A stretch of DNA of 64,000 nt. Source: Cetorhinus maximus (taxonomy: Eukaryota). The notes under the pieces were generated by a model. It was not told where the DNA came from. It searched no databases and saw only the letters and a list, made by a program, of their open reading frames with translations. Below, in pieces: positions 11,838-25,212 of the stretch. The DNA is taken from NCBI RefSeq assembly GCF_964194155.1, contig NC_135886.1, forward strand, positions 71,486,001 to 71,550,000. The letters are read 5' to 3'. A program made the translations under genes and the position numbers. How positions within the stretch are numbered: position 1 is the stretch's first letter; each line of letters begins with the position of its first letter.

Positions 11838-14070
11838 GTGTAGATTTTTGTTGTTAAGTCTACGTTTTCTCCCTCTTTGTTTATATTGAGTCATTCCCTG
11901 GACAAGAAAGAAAGGAAGCAACCTGTTCCAAAGCTTCTGCTCAGGGAGATGAGTAAGAATAGCCGGGTACAACTTGTCTGTAATTCTTTTTTTTTCCTTG
12001 AAATGAAGGAAATAGCTGATGGGTGAGATGTGGAATTTGCCCATTGGGACATCTTATGTGCTAACTCGTATCTTAATACACTTGGGCAGGGATTTGGAGC
12101 AGTAGCGACCTGACATTATTATCTTTAGTTATACCGAGAACTCAAAGCCCTTGCTTCAATTTGGAGGTCAGAAAGCTGTGTCATTCAATGTTGTTCTTTG
12201 ACTCTAGCCAGTTTTGTGGTCAAATGAATGATTTTTTGTCCATGCTTTATCAAAAAAAAACACTTACACAGACCTGTTCTATGAATTTGTATGTTTCTGT
12301 GATTCTGCTTTGTAATATTATTGTTCTACCCTTGCAGAATATTTGTGACAAATAACTGGCAAATTCCAGAGTAGTGGACACAGAACATGGTACTGTATGA
12401 CCTTGTGCCAGTCATCATCTGAACACTGTCGGTTAATTGTATTTTTTGTTTGTAAGTTTTCCTGTTTTCTCCCCATTTTTGTTCCCTGAAATTTCCTCCA
12501 TCACGCATCAGCCCCAGCTCCAAGCACGGCCTAGAGACCTGATCCAAGTGCTCTGCCAAAGTTACTCCATAACTGGTCACTGGTGTGTGCAGGACTGACT
12601 TCTGATTTTTTTCCTTCCCTGGTTTCTACTTTCATGACAGCAGCACTGAGATTTGAAAGCCACCATCTGGGGAATTGAGGGCATAAACCTGTCTCCTACA
12701 TCTTATAACATAGCACACCGCGACTCCAAAGCATTTGGTTGCTTGTTTTTAACATCCTCGTGGCATGCTCCTTATCTCAGGCCATTCAGCAGAGGATGTG
12801 AACAGAGGTGAGGCATGTCTCCAGCAGGAGGGAAAGCAAATTGGAGTGTCAGTCACAGGTGCAACTCTCAGCTGCTGGTTTTAGAATGGCTTGGGCAGAG
12901 ACATTGGAACATATTGGCTGGCCAAACTCCTGATTAGGGAATGAAATGTGGTGTAGAGGACTGAAACAAATGGCTAAAATAGCTTGCAAAATGGTATGGG
13001 AGGAACTGCCTAGTTGGCCACCCTTAAATAGGCCAGATAGTGTTATCTTCTGCCTATTTCCTCATCTTCAACCATTTCTCCCCTCACCACCATCTTCAAG
13101 CTTGCTATTGTTTTGCCTTCCTACTGAATACTGTTCCCTCTAGATTCCTTGCCCATTTGTGTGCAATTGATATTAAAGCTAAAACTTCATTGGTTCAGTG
13201 GTGTGGTCTTGACTGTACCATAAGAAAACGTTACGGGAATTTAGACCACCATTTTTGTGGTCTGACTCAACTCCACCTAGCATCCAACTAGATTTTGAAC
13301 TCCCCTAGTGTTTTTGACAATACAAACTTACTTAGGTTGTTTCTAACATTATCACGCTTTTGAGCATCTAATTATTTTAATGTTTTGAATTTTATTTTAT
13401 TATTTTAAATTTATCCAATCATCATTTTGGCTCTATTCATAATCTTAAAAAGTGGAAAAATATATTTATGAATTATGCATGTTTGCCAATGCATTATAAG
13501 GTCTTTGTATTAACCTCAATGTGTTAACATACATGCACAAATTAAATATAATTTTACTTGACTTTATGAACATAGTCTGACTTTATGAACATAGTCCATC
13601 GCCACTGTCAATTTCACCTGAATGCAGCAGAGTAATTAGAAGCTATTTAGTCACTCGACCAACGTGCTAAATGAGCTGTGGTAATAAGAATTGAAAACTA
13701 CCTACTTCTTGTGTTTTATTGAATTTCATTTCTAGTCGGAAGCTGTGCCAATGTGTGGCACCACAGTATTTCGATTCTCAGGTTTCCTTTGGGTTTCAGC
13801 TGCATTGAGGGGAGGAAGAATCATCCTTGGGCTAGTGTCATATGCTTATATTCCCTTGGAGAGCTCTTGGATATTTGGGTGGAGGAACAGATCAGACTCA
13901 CATTATCTCAGCCATAGGACAGACTTGGCCCAAGGGAATGGTAGGGGGTGGGGTGGTGGCAGATGGAATGGGAAAATGTTCTGATCCAAGTATCCTCTTC
14001 GACATAATTTTATCCTGCTTTTCTCGGGTTATGACATGTATAAATGTAACTCGTTTTGTTTCCACTTCAG

Positions 14071-14489
14071 ATGAGAAGTCCGTAAAAGACCAGAATGACC
14101 CTATCAATCAATTAGAAATGATGTTACTAAAATTCAAAAACGATCCAGTTGGAATGGGAGACACTCCAAAAACCATAACGGGGCCTTCTATGGAAATACC
14201 TTCCACAGTTACAAGTGAAGGAGATACCTTTAAGGAAATGACTGGCCTATTTATTCAACCACAAAGTCAGCTCTGTGCTGCAGATCTATATGAAAATCAG
14301 AGCACCAAAGGGCTTTCTGTAAATGTTGCAATCCAAACCCTACCCAGCACTGGCACTCATGGCCCTCAGAAAATTACCCAGCAAGTGGAAGCTGTTCCCA
14401 AAGAAGAGATCTGGAAGAACAAGCTTTCTCAGGAGGAAATCCGAATGATTCCCAGGTTTTCAAACTATAAACCTGGACAACCAAGCAGG
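14071..14489 (+). CDS. RBM41: RBM41 coding exon 5
   Basis: ttcag| ... |gtatga; DEKSVKDQNDPINQLE...GPQKITQQVEAVPKEEIWKNKLSQEEIRMIPRFSNYKPGQPSR (pre-RRM motif shared with 65K). Confidence 0.93.
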
Positions 14490-15081
14490 GTATGATTAAA
14501 TATTATTCATTAGCTGTAAAAGTATTTTAGTTGAATATAACCTCTGTGAGGAATTAAAATGTCTGCATTTTCACTAATTTAACATCTATGATGAAGTGAA
14601 CACTTAAGGGAGGTTGCATTGGTGTTCTGTAGTATTGTTCAAAACCTCCTATAACCAACACCACTATTCAGTGACTTAAAAAAAAACCTGAAACCATCTG
14701 TTACGATATTTACCCTTCTTAAAATAAATGTCATCAAGATAAATGTTGTTGCTGAGCAATGGTTCTTTATATTTCAGGGACCAAGTATAAGACTTAAGCT
14801 TTCCCCTATCATGTATGTCACGGGTAGATACAGGATAAATGTTCTTCAGATCTTCAAATAACAAGTCTTTTTCACCCTGACTACAGAAGAACATTCCCAT
14901 TGCATGATTGTGATATTTTCCACTTTGCCCTTAAGGCATCTTTCTCACCTGAATGACAATGCAAACTTATACTAAATTACAGTCAGTGTTATGCTGTGGG
15001 TTTAAACTGACTAAAAACTGGCTTGTGACTCGTACTTATCTCACTTAAAATTGTGAGTATTCTTACAACATGGGTTTTGAA

Positions 15082-15980
15082 ATGTTCGCTGATGACTGAA
15101 CAATGTTCAGCATTTTTCACGACTCCTCAGATATTGAAGCAATCCATGTCCAAATGCAGCAAGACCTGGACAATACCCAGGCTTGGGCTGACAAGTGGCA
15201 AGTAACATTCGTGTCACACAAGTGCCAGACACTGACCATCGCTAACAAGAGAGAATCTAACCACTGCCCCCTTGACATTCAATTACATTACCATCGCTGA
15301 ATCCCCCACTATCAACATCCTGGGGGTTACCATTGACCAGAAACTGAACTGGACTAGCCATATAAATACTGTGGCTACAAGAGCAGGTCAGACACTAAGA
15401 ATCCTGTGGCAAGTAACTCTCACCTTCTGACTCCACAAAGCTTGTCCACCATCTACAAGGCACGAGCCAGGAGTGTGAATGAATACTCGCCACTTGTCTG
15501 GATGACTGCAGCTCCAACAACATCCAAGAAGCTCAACACCATCCAAGACAAAGCAGCCTGCTTGATTGGCACCCCATCCATAAACATTCACCCGCTCCAC
15601 CACTGACCCACAGTGGCAGCAGTGTGTACCATCTACAAGATGCATTGCAGGAACTCACCAAGGCTTCTTAGACAGCACCTTACAAACCCACGACTGCAAC
15701 TATCTAGAAGGACAAGGGCAGCAGATAGATGGGAACACTACCACCTGGAAGTTCCCCTATAAGCCACTCACCACCCTGACTTTGAAATGTATTGCTGTTC
15801 CTTCACTGTCAATGGGTCAAAATCCTGGAACTCCCTTCCTAACAGCTCTGTGTGTGTACCTACACCACATGGACTGCAGCGGTTCAAGAAGGCAGCTCAC
15901 CACCACCTTCTCAAGGGCAATCAGGGATGGGCAATAAATGTTAGCCTAGCCAACGATGCCCACATCCCATGAATGAATAA
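15082..15980 (+). mobile_element. LINE 3' fragment (CR1-group, second family)
   Basis: MFADD, QQDLDNTQAWADKWQVTF, IYKA.ARS..EYSPLVW; tail gatgggcaataaatg...gcccacatcccatgaatgaa; more copies at 56997-57387/60026-60075 and 61630-61865. Confidence 0.85.
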
Positions 15981-17239
15981 GCTTGGCACCACCTAGTCAT
16001 TAAAACTATCTTGTCTTCTATTCTACGCTTGTTGGTGTACAGATTGGCCGTTCACCTGTGAACTCAATTTCAAATCCATGCCTTTGAGTCCCACTCTCTA
16101 CCATGCAGTGATTCTGATCTTGTGTGTCTGAAATGTTTCACCAGTCACATCATGGACTTTGCTCCTGATTGCTATTTTCAAGGCTGGGATGGGAGAGGAG
16201 GAAAAAATCTGTTAGGTGAGCTATTCCTATCACATTTCAAAAAGCTACTGCACTAAAGTATATTTTGAGGCAATGGGGCAGGAACAAATGTACCTTTTAC
16301 AGGCTGTAAGTAGGTATAAAAGTATCTTTTTTTACAAATATATCACCATATAAAGGACCTATGGAATACTTCAGATAAGGTCAGATTTGTAGATTAATAT
16401 GTAGCTGAAATACATACATGATCAGCAATGTATTCTGTTTTAGCTAATCAATAAACTCACCCTTGACTTAGATTGAGATGACAAAATCCAAAGAGAAAAG
16501 GGGGCCATTTGACCATCTATGGCTTCTTGTGCCATATAAACCTGCAGCTCCCTCATTAAGACATCAAACTGCCTCTTGAATGTTTCCAAAGGTCTAAGGA
16601 TTAATCCTTTCTATTGCATTCAGTATCCTATATATGGATGTAATAAACCTCTCTTAATCGCCTCCTTTCAAAGTTGAAGGGTTCACGTTTTCTGACCTTT
16701 CTTATGCTACAATCTTGTGATTCTAGGCATATGCCTTAGGGCCTTTTCTGCACCACTTGATGGCTTACATGTGTCTCTTGTGCCTTAGCCACAGGGACTG
16801 AACACATCATTCAAGATGCATCCTGACCAGAACATGATATAGCTTTAGCATCTTAGCCTTAGAATTAAACTGTTTTGATGTGGGAATACAGTACACATAT
16901 CTAATATCAGAGAAGCCACAGGGCTGATTGATGTGGGAAACTGAAATGGTACTTTGGGGTAGGAAGAGATTCCTATCTGAGATTGGGATAATGAAAGCAT
17001 ACTTTTGCAGCTAAGCTTGATTCTAACCTCAGTGAAGATCCACAAACATAACTCCAACAAGATCATTCAATATCTTTCAGAAGTGAGGACCTTTATTTTG
17101 TTACCTACATAGTCCATAGGCACTGTGACCAGTTAGTTAAACAAACCCAACTGCTGCTTTGGCTAATATTTTCTGATTTGGTACATGCCAGGGATCAATC
17201 TCCAATTCAATTGGAGAAAACTATTTTAATAACATGCTC

Positions 17240-18441
17240 AATGGATAAAGGGGAGCCTGTAGATGTACTGTACTTGGATCTCTAGAAGGCATTTGATAAG
17301 GTGCCACGTAAAAGATTATTACAGAAAATAAAAGCACATGGTGTAGTGGGTAACATTAACATGGATAGAAGATTGCTTTCTGCCAGCCAGCCAGCCAAAG
17401 AGTATAAATGGGTCTTTTTCTGATTGGCAGGATGTGAAAAGTGGAGTCCCACAGGGGTTTGTACTGGGGCCTCAACTTTTTACGATTTACATCAATGACT
17501 TAGATGAGGGGAGTGAAGACATGGTAGCTAAGTTTGCAGATGACACAAAGATAAGTAAGAAAGTATGTTGTGAAGAGGACTTGAGGTTGCAGATGGATAT
17601 AGTTGGATTGAGTGAATGGGCAAAGATCTGGCAAATGGAGTTTAATGTGGAAAAATGTGAAGTTGACTTTGACAGGAAGAATAAAAAAGAGTATTACTTA
17701 AATGGAGAACGGCTACATAATTCTGAGGTGCAGCGGGATCTAGGTGTTCTAGTACATGGATCACAAAAAGTTAGTATGCAGGTACAACAAGTAATTAAGA
17801 AGGCTAATGGAATGCTATCCTTTATTATGAGAGGGATTGAACATAAAAATAAGGATGTTATGCTTCAGTTATACAGGGCATTGTTAAGACCGCACCTTGA
17901 ATACTGTGTGTTTTGGTCTCCTTATTCAAGGAAGGATGTAAAGGCATTGGAGGCTGTTAAAAGGAGGTTTACTAAATTGATACCTGGAATGAGTGGGTTG
18001 TCTGATGAGGAAAGGTTGGACAGACTGGGCTTGTTTCCATTGGAGTTTAGAAGAGTGAGGGGTGATTTGATTGAAGTATACAAGATCCTGAACGGCCTTG
18101 ACAAGGTGGACGTCGAAAGGATGTTTCCTCTTGTGGGTGAGTCCAGAACTAGGGGGCACTGTTTTAAAATTAGGGGTCACCCTTTTAGGACAGAGATGAG
18201 GAGAAATTTGTTCCTGTGAGGGTTGTGCGACTTTGGAACTCTGCTTCAGAAGGTGGTGGAGGCGGGGTCATTGAATATTTTTAAGGTAGAGGTAGATAGA
18301 TTCATGTTAGGCAAGGGAATCAAAGGTTATCGGGGTTAGATGGGAAAATGGAAATCGAAACACAAGATCATCAGCCATGATCCTATTGAATGGCGGAGCA
18401 GGCTTGAGGGGCCAAATAGTCTACTGTTCTTATTTCTTATG
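17240..18441 (+). mobile_element. CR1 LINE 3' portion
   Basis: ORF 17434-18219 SGVPQGFVLGPQLFTIYINDLD..KFADDTK..LYRALLRPHLEYC; CR1 3' tail. Confidence 0.95.
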
Positions 18442-18609
18442 TACTGGGAAAGTTTTGTGGCTGTTGACTGTGGGGATTGTAACAAAATTCAGCCTGATCG
18501 CTTGCAAATGTGACAATAAAGTGATACACTGCTGTTGTGTGATTCAAGTTTGCAATTGTGCATTTACTTCACAGTGCTGTATTTCTTCCCTTTTCCCACT
18601 TCCTCTCAG

Positions 18610-18757
18610 GTTCTGTACTTGAAAAACCTGAATCCAAAAGCCACGCTGGAGGATCTATTTTCCTTATTTGTTTCTTTCCAACAAAAAGATGGCCCTCAAC
18701 TTCTTTTCCGGTTATTGACAGGCCGAATGAAGGGACAAGCATTCATCACCTTCCCAA
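18610..18757 (+). CDS. RBM41: RBM41 coding exon 6 (RRM, RNP2 and RNP1)
   Basis: ctcag| ... |gtatgt; VLYLKNLNPKATLEDLFSLFVSFQQKDGPQLLFRLLTGRMKGQAFITFP. Confidence 0.96.
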
Positions 18758-19949
18758 GTATGTATTGCCACATGATTAGGTAGCTAGTTCTTAAGAGTTT
18801 ATTACAGTGGTGCTTTGTTTATTAAACTTAAACACTAAAATGTCTTTATTACATCTTTTGTTTGATTGAAATAGGGCGAATATGTTTTCATTATATTTCA
18901 GTCAGCAGTATCTCTAAGGGATGAAAGCAGATTAGCTGGAACTCTCATTCTTAATGGGGGATATAAAACAGGTGATATTGGATTGGCTGCCTATTATAAA
19001 CCCAACTCTGTTTTTCTCAGTTGTTTGAATGAAGATAACCTTGTTTATATTTTCAAGTACAGCTAACAGCAGAACTGCATGGTTGCTGTCAGTTGCATTC
19101 AATGAAAAACTGTCTTTATAATTGTAAATTTTGAAATGCCATTGATAATTCAGGCACCTTTTTGCATTGAGTTTCAAATGCTAGAGGATGCCAGTGTATT
19201 TTCTAAATGGCACATATATAATAGAAGGTATGTTTATCAACATACTTTTTATGTAAAGTTTCCCCCATGGTCGAATGCATAGAGGCATTCTCCTATGTAG
19301 TGCTAAGCTATGCAAGTTTAATTTCTGGTCTGTGCCGAGACCGATATCTGGATACCACCTGGGCTGGGAGTGGAAAATTTAAGATGGAAGTTCTTGCTCC
19401 TGTAACTCAATGACTCTTGCTAGAAATTCTGTGTTGACGTAGAGACCTGGATAAGGTTTGGCTGTGATTCTCTCCATGGTCAAATAGTCAACACTCTGTC
19501 TCAGCTTATACATGAATATACCTGTGGAACTGTACCCTGAATGAGTCAGCTTCTTCAAGAAAGGAAAATAGAAAATTGCATGGTGGAGGGGGGTAGGGTT
19601 TGGTGAAGCAAAGTTAGCTACATATAAGAATGTCTTGCAGCTTGCTCGAACAACGTGAACACCTGCTCCTGATATTAGCTTCCCTACAACAATATTAACT
19701 GTTCTGCGTGTATATATTTATGCACTATTGCTTTTAGGCACCAGATCTTGGATATAGAACAAACCAATAATATTGCAGACTTTATACGTGGATATGTTCC
19801 TGTCTTCCCAATATTGTGCATCCAAAGAAAGGCAGGTTTAAACTTTAATATGAGGAATTTTTTATTCCTGCTGGGTGTATAACCTGCAATACTCTAATAT
19901 CCTGAGCCAGTTATTTCAGCTTAATTTTTAGTTATTACATTTTTTTTAG

Positions 19950-20050
19950 GTGTGGAGATGGCAATGGAAGCACTGAACATGGTGAATGGCTACAATCTGA
20001 AGGGCAAGCCAATAATCATAGAGTATGGACAGAATCGGTCGGACCACTGA
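19950..20050 (+). CDS. RBM41: RBM41 last coding exon
   Basis: ttttag|; SVEMAMEALNMVNGYNLKGKPIIIEYGQNRSDH-TGA; total CDS 1194 nt. Confidence 0.94.
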
Positions 20051-21895
20051 CTTGTGCTTGGAGAATGTGGCCAATGGAAGGAGTTCCAGCACAATGAGAT
20101 TGCTAGTCACTGGGACCACAGGCACATTGGAGTATTGGAAAGCGTTCAGCTATCTGCAGTGGATAGATTTTCAACTCTTGAACCAAGATTAATTACTACA
20201 GTGTGTGGAAACAACCCTCATCTGTACATAACCCATACCCTCACTTGTTTCTGTTTATTCTGAAAAAAAAAGCATCTTTGGGCTTCGCACTGGAAAATGC
20301 ACCACATGATGTACGGAACTGTATAGAATAGAATGAGAGAAGTCCCAAGTTTAGTTCGTAGTGCTCAGCTTTTCTCAGTGAAGGTTGCATCTAGAGTGCT
20401 GCAGCTGAATACACTGTCCCTTTGCTAGGGATGAGAAAAGCTCTTGAGTTTCAGGTGCCTGAACCACTACTTAGTGCCTCGTGCAGTGAAGTGGTTTCAG
20501 TTAAGGCTCCCCATTACTGAAAGATTTGGTAACATTGGCTTTCTAGGCTCAAAAATGATGAATGGCTTTGATGCACGATGCCAGTTGCTGTTGACATAAC
20601 AGAACTCTTAACAGTCACTGCTTCAAGACAGGAGGGGAAGAAAACTAGGGGATTTTTTTTGAAAGGATATGCCATTATTTTAACAAATTTTAGCTCATGT
20701 AATAATTAAACTACACAAACAGCTTATTTATTACCATAATGCTTTATAATCACATTTTCATACACTTAACTAGCACTGAGAAATGTTTTAACAATGCTTT
20801 TTTTAAACTGCTCTAACTTAATACAAGACAAAAATAGTTATGCAAATTTCATCAGAGGAAATAGATTCTAATAAGGATTTTTAGTAAAAGGTTTGGATAC
20901 ATATGAAGGAATGACTAGTTAAGCGCTTAAAGAAGAGCAGACCCAGAAAGAAGAAACAGAGCAGTGCTTCTTGCCATTTTTCACTTTTGCCAAACCTGGA
21001 AAGTGGTTCAATCCAAGCTCATTGTGGTGTGAAATTATCCAGCAGATCTAACTTCATCCCTTGTTACGTCCCTATCATCCCAAGGAATTTACCCTTTACT
21101 ACAGACATAAAATGTGGAAAAACACATCTTTGCCACATCAAACCTGTAAATTTGGGCATATTTTGTGGATTATATGTGTGTTCATTAATGAGATTTAGAA
21201 AATAGAATTCACAGCCAAAAAAGGTAAGCTTTCTTGATTAATTACAATACAGCAGTACTGACCCACTATGGTGGTGATTTTGAGTTTTGATATGGTTGAG
21301 GTTGTCAGGCATTGAGACAGTAGTTTGAAGAGGCATCATAGTGCTCTGCCATGAGATCAAAACTCAGCTGACAGACCTTTTTTTTCCTGCTGTTATATAC
21401 CCTCTCATTTGTCAATGTAGGCAGTGATCCAAAGAGATGATAAACTGATTTCCCACATTCAGCTAGGGGGTGAACTTTGGTTGAAAGTAACTAAGGAATG
21501 TGAAAATAAAATGTTTTTCAAGAAATAAAGTTTAAAATCTCTCCATCCCTGAGAGTTGTATTTATATTGGCCATAGATTAACCATTCTTTAAAACTAAGT
21601 AGACATTGTAGGCAATTGAGCATTTATGCCATTATGTTACTTGGGATTAAAATGTTTTTCCAAGTTTTAAATTTGCTGTAGTTATTTCAACTGGTGTTAT
21701 CTATCTGTCACGATTAAACATTTATGTGATTGTTGGAAGAAAATGGATGATAAAGTACATGGATGGAGCTTGTATACCGGGTGTTGGGATAGAATCATAT
21801 TAAATTGGAATTCTTAAAGGCTGATGAATTAATCCCATGAAAGATTCCAGGAATATTGTCTTTTTATTCATTTACCTGTCAGTTATTAGATGATG

Positions 21896-21935
21896 AATAA
21901 AAGACAATGATGGACACCATTTGAGTTTTTTTTTA
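21896..21935 (+). terminator. Likely RBM41 poly(A) signal and downstream U-rich element
   Basis: AATAAA at 21896-21901, a CA about 18 nt later, then ttgagttttttttt; other AATAAA near 21505 and 21524. Confidence 0.5.
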
Positions 21936-22757
21936 TTGATACAGCTTCTGGTGATTTTTTTTCCCCCCAACACTGCCCTTGTTGGATTAATTGTGTACAG
22001 GCATTTTTAAATACTAAATGACTGGCTCTATTTGCAAGTCAAAATATTTTCAGGAGTTTTGAATTTATTGCAGTGAGAGTCTTGTGCTTTGTACACAGTT
22101 TTGTACAAAGAAGTTTTTCCCTTTGGGTTTGGAGGGATCATCTGAGGGGGGATGAGATCTTAAATTTGGTAGTATTGGAGGACAAGCTGTGGAGAGTTGT
22201 CTGAATTTCTTTCAGCTGTTGGGTGTGCAGCTGACAAATGCTCAAGCACAAATCACACTAAATACCAGCCTTAAGCCCAGATGCTGATCAGATAGCCTGG
22301 GGAGAGAGGGAAGGGGGTATTATGGTGTTGGGGAATGACTTAAGTGTAGGTTGGGTATGTGGCCCGATGGCTGGGAGCTGGTGGTAGGTTGATGTGAACT
22401 ATAAACCAGGGCTCTTGACAGGGAAGTGAAATTCCTAATTCCACCAAAAGAACAATTTTATGGGTGATATTTTTGCAATTTGAAATTTAAAAATTTTTTT
22501 TTGGTTAGGTGTGGTCAAGTGAAAAAGTTAATGGCAGAAGACTTTATAGTTTTTTGAGTAACTGTTGGTTGTCAAAATTATTACCAAATTAGAATTAATA
22601 CAACGAATTTGCTTATCCAATTGGGGAAGGAATTTAGAATTAATTCCATCTCAATTTCTTCTAAGTTTGTTTTATTTATTTGTTTGGGATGTGGGCATCG
22701 CTGGCTAGGCCAGCACTTATTGGCCATGTCTAATTAAGCACACCATAAAAACGTGAA

Positions 22758-22971
22758 ACAAAAACAATTACCTGGAAAAACTCAGCAGGTCTGGCAGCAT
22801 CGGCGGAGAAGAAAAAGAGTTGACTACAGGTCTGAGTTCTGTTGAAGGGTCATGAGGACTCGAAACGTCAACTCTTTTCTTCTCCGCCGATGCTGCCAGA
22901 CCTGCTGAGTTTTTCCAGGTAATTTTGTTTTTGTTTTGGATTTCCAGCATCCGCAGTAGTTTTTTGTTTTT
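22758..22971. mobile_element. Young palindromic PLE insertion with 13-bp TSD and hammerhead motif
   Basis: Flanking direct repeats ATAAAAACGTGAA at 22745-22757 and 22972-22984; inverted arms; hammerhead-like motif at 22834-22874. Confidence 0.8.
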
Positions 22972-23594
22972 ATAAAAACGTGAATGCAAGCACCACACCA
23001 GGAGTTTGACATGGTACACACCACTAATGTATTATTTTAATTTATATAGTTTCCTGAGACATCTATGGGAAAATTCATACCAATACAGTTCAGTAAGTTC
23101 TTGAGTTAAGTTAAAACACAAGCAAAATAGGCTGTCTTTGTGCATCTAAATTAGAAGTCCTTACGTTGACATGATTCCAAAACTGGAGAAGTATTGCAGT
23201 CCCCAACACTAATCTTACATTTCGTACTTGACCAGTATAGAAATACCTGGATGCTTTCCACGCTTAAAAACTGGCAAAGCTGAGTAGTTTAAAAACATGA
23301 GTTGTATCACTTTTAAAAGGTGTATAACACAAAGATGATTTGCCACTTAATGGTATAAACTGATCTTGTTCTACACCATATTAAATATTTAATACATATT
23401 TATACTAAGGGGCAAGAGCTCTATTTTTAAAAAGAATACAAATGAGGTAAGGGACAACATAAAAATAACAGTGTACAAAAATGCAACAAAAAAGTACAGA
23501 TCCTTGCAACAGAGGTACAAGAAAAAAAGGTGACAAAACAGCGACAAAAAGAAACTTGCCAGGGATATAAAATCAACATTATTTTTCACAAAAA

Positions 23595-25212
23595 GAGACT
23601 GACCAGGAGCAATGTAGGCTTCTTAAGCTAATGAGTGATAATGTCAATGAAAAGAAATAGAGGACAAGTTGAATAATTTATCAATATTTACAGCACAGGA
23701 AGAAGATAGTATTCCAGACATTACAGAGAAACTAGTATTGAACTGGACAGAAATACATAAAAAAATAACTTGAGCAAAATAATAAAGAAATTAATTGCAC
23801 TAAAAAGTGATAAATACTCAGGAAGGGATACTTCCTATCTCAGGATTTTAAAGGAAGGTCTATTATTTTCCAACGTTCTCCTGACTTGGAACAATTTCTT
23901 CAGATGGGAAAATTGCACATCATTGTGCTATTTAAGAATGCAGAGAGGGGGAAACCAAGGAGTTATAGACCAGTTAGCTTAACTATTGTCAGAAAATTAC
24001 AGGAATAAAATTAAGAGAGGAGTGACTGAGCACCTTATAAACTTTCATCTGATCAGAGAGTGCAAGCATGGATTTGTAAAGAGTAGGTTCTAATTGACTA
24101 ACCCTGTGACGTTTTTAGAAGAGGTGACAAGAAGAGTGGACAGAGGTTTATCTATTGATGCACATTTGATAAAGTCCCTCTGAAGAGACAGGTAAAGTTG
24201 AAGCTGATGGAACGAAGGCAAATTATTGACCTAGTTAGGAAATTGGTTGAGTGGTAGGAGACCAAGGGTAAGTATTGGTAGGATGCGCGTAATAGTGTCC
24301 CATCAGGTTCTGTGCTTGGGTTTTAATTATTCACTGTATTAATGACTTAGAGCCACATGTCCAACTTTGTCGCTGATACAAAAGATAGGCTGCATTGTAA
24401 AGTGTGGATGAAAGCATAAAATTAGAAAGATGAACTAGTAGATTAAGTGGATGAACAAAACTGACAAGTGGGTTTTATGTAGGTAGGTGTGAGGTCATCC
24501 ATTTGGATCTAAAAAGGAAAAGCTAGAAACAGTAGAGGTCCAAAGAGACTTGTCATTATTTTTTGTACCTGACCATGATATTTTAATCAAGAAGACTAAT
24601 AGAATGTTAGACTTTATATCTGGAGGACTAGAATAGAAGGGGATAGAAGTTGTGATATAGCTATACAAAGGCCTGGTTAGACCACACCTCTCGCACTATG
24701 TTTAGTTCTGGGCACTACACTTTAGTTCAGATATTTTAGCCTTGGAAGGAGTGCAATGTAGATAGACCAGAATGACACCTGGACTCCTCAGATTAAAGTT
24801 ATGAGGGTAGATTACACAAACTGGGGTTGTATTCCATGGAATTTAGAAAGTTAAAGGAGTAATGTGATCAAAGTTTTAAGATATTAAGAGGGACAGATAG
24901 AAACTATTTCACCTGGTTGGAGTCTAGGATTCAGGGACATAGCCTAAAAATTATAGCCAGGCTTTTCAGGAATGGAGTTAGGAAATACTTCTACACAAAA
25001 AGGTAATAGAACTATTCCACAAATAGCAGTTACTGCGAGGTCAATTCTTAATTTTAAAGTGGAGATTGATGGATTATTGCTAACCAAAGGTATTAAGGGA
25101 TATGGGGTGAAGGCGGGTATATGAAATTGCATCATAGATCAGCCATGATTTTACTAATGCGCAAGGAACAGGCACTAGTGGCTAAATGACCAACTCCTAT
25201 TTCTATGTTCCA
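23595..25212 (+). mobile_element. Old degenerate CR1 LINE
   Basis: Degenerate HGFVK, FDKVP, LVRPHL motifs and CR1 3' UTR. Confidence 0.8.

Noticed and set aside
13559-13597. 19-bp tandem duplication tgactttatgaacatagtc
   Set aside because: Ordinary slippage duplication with no functional cue.
13842-14070. N-terminal part of the 217-aa ORF
   Set aside because: Intronic read-through; RBM41 similarity starts at the acceptor at 14070.
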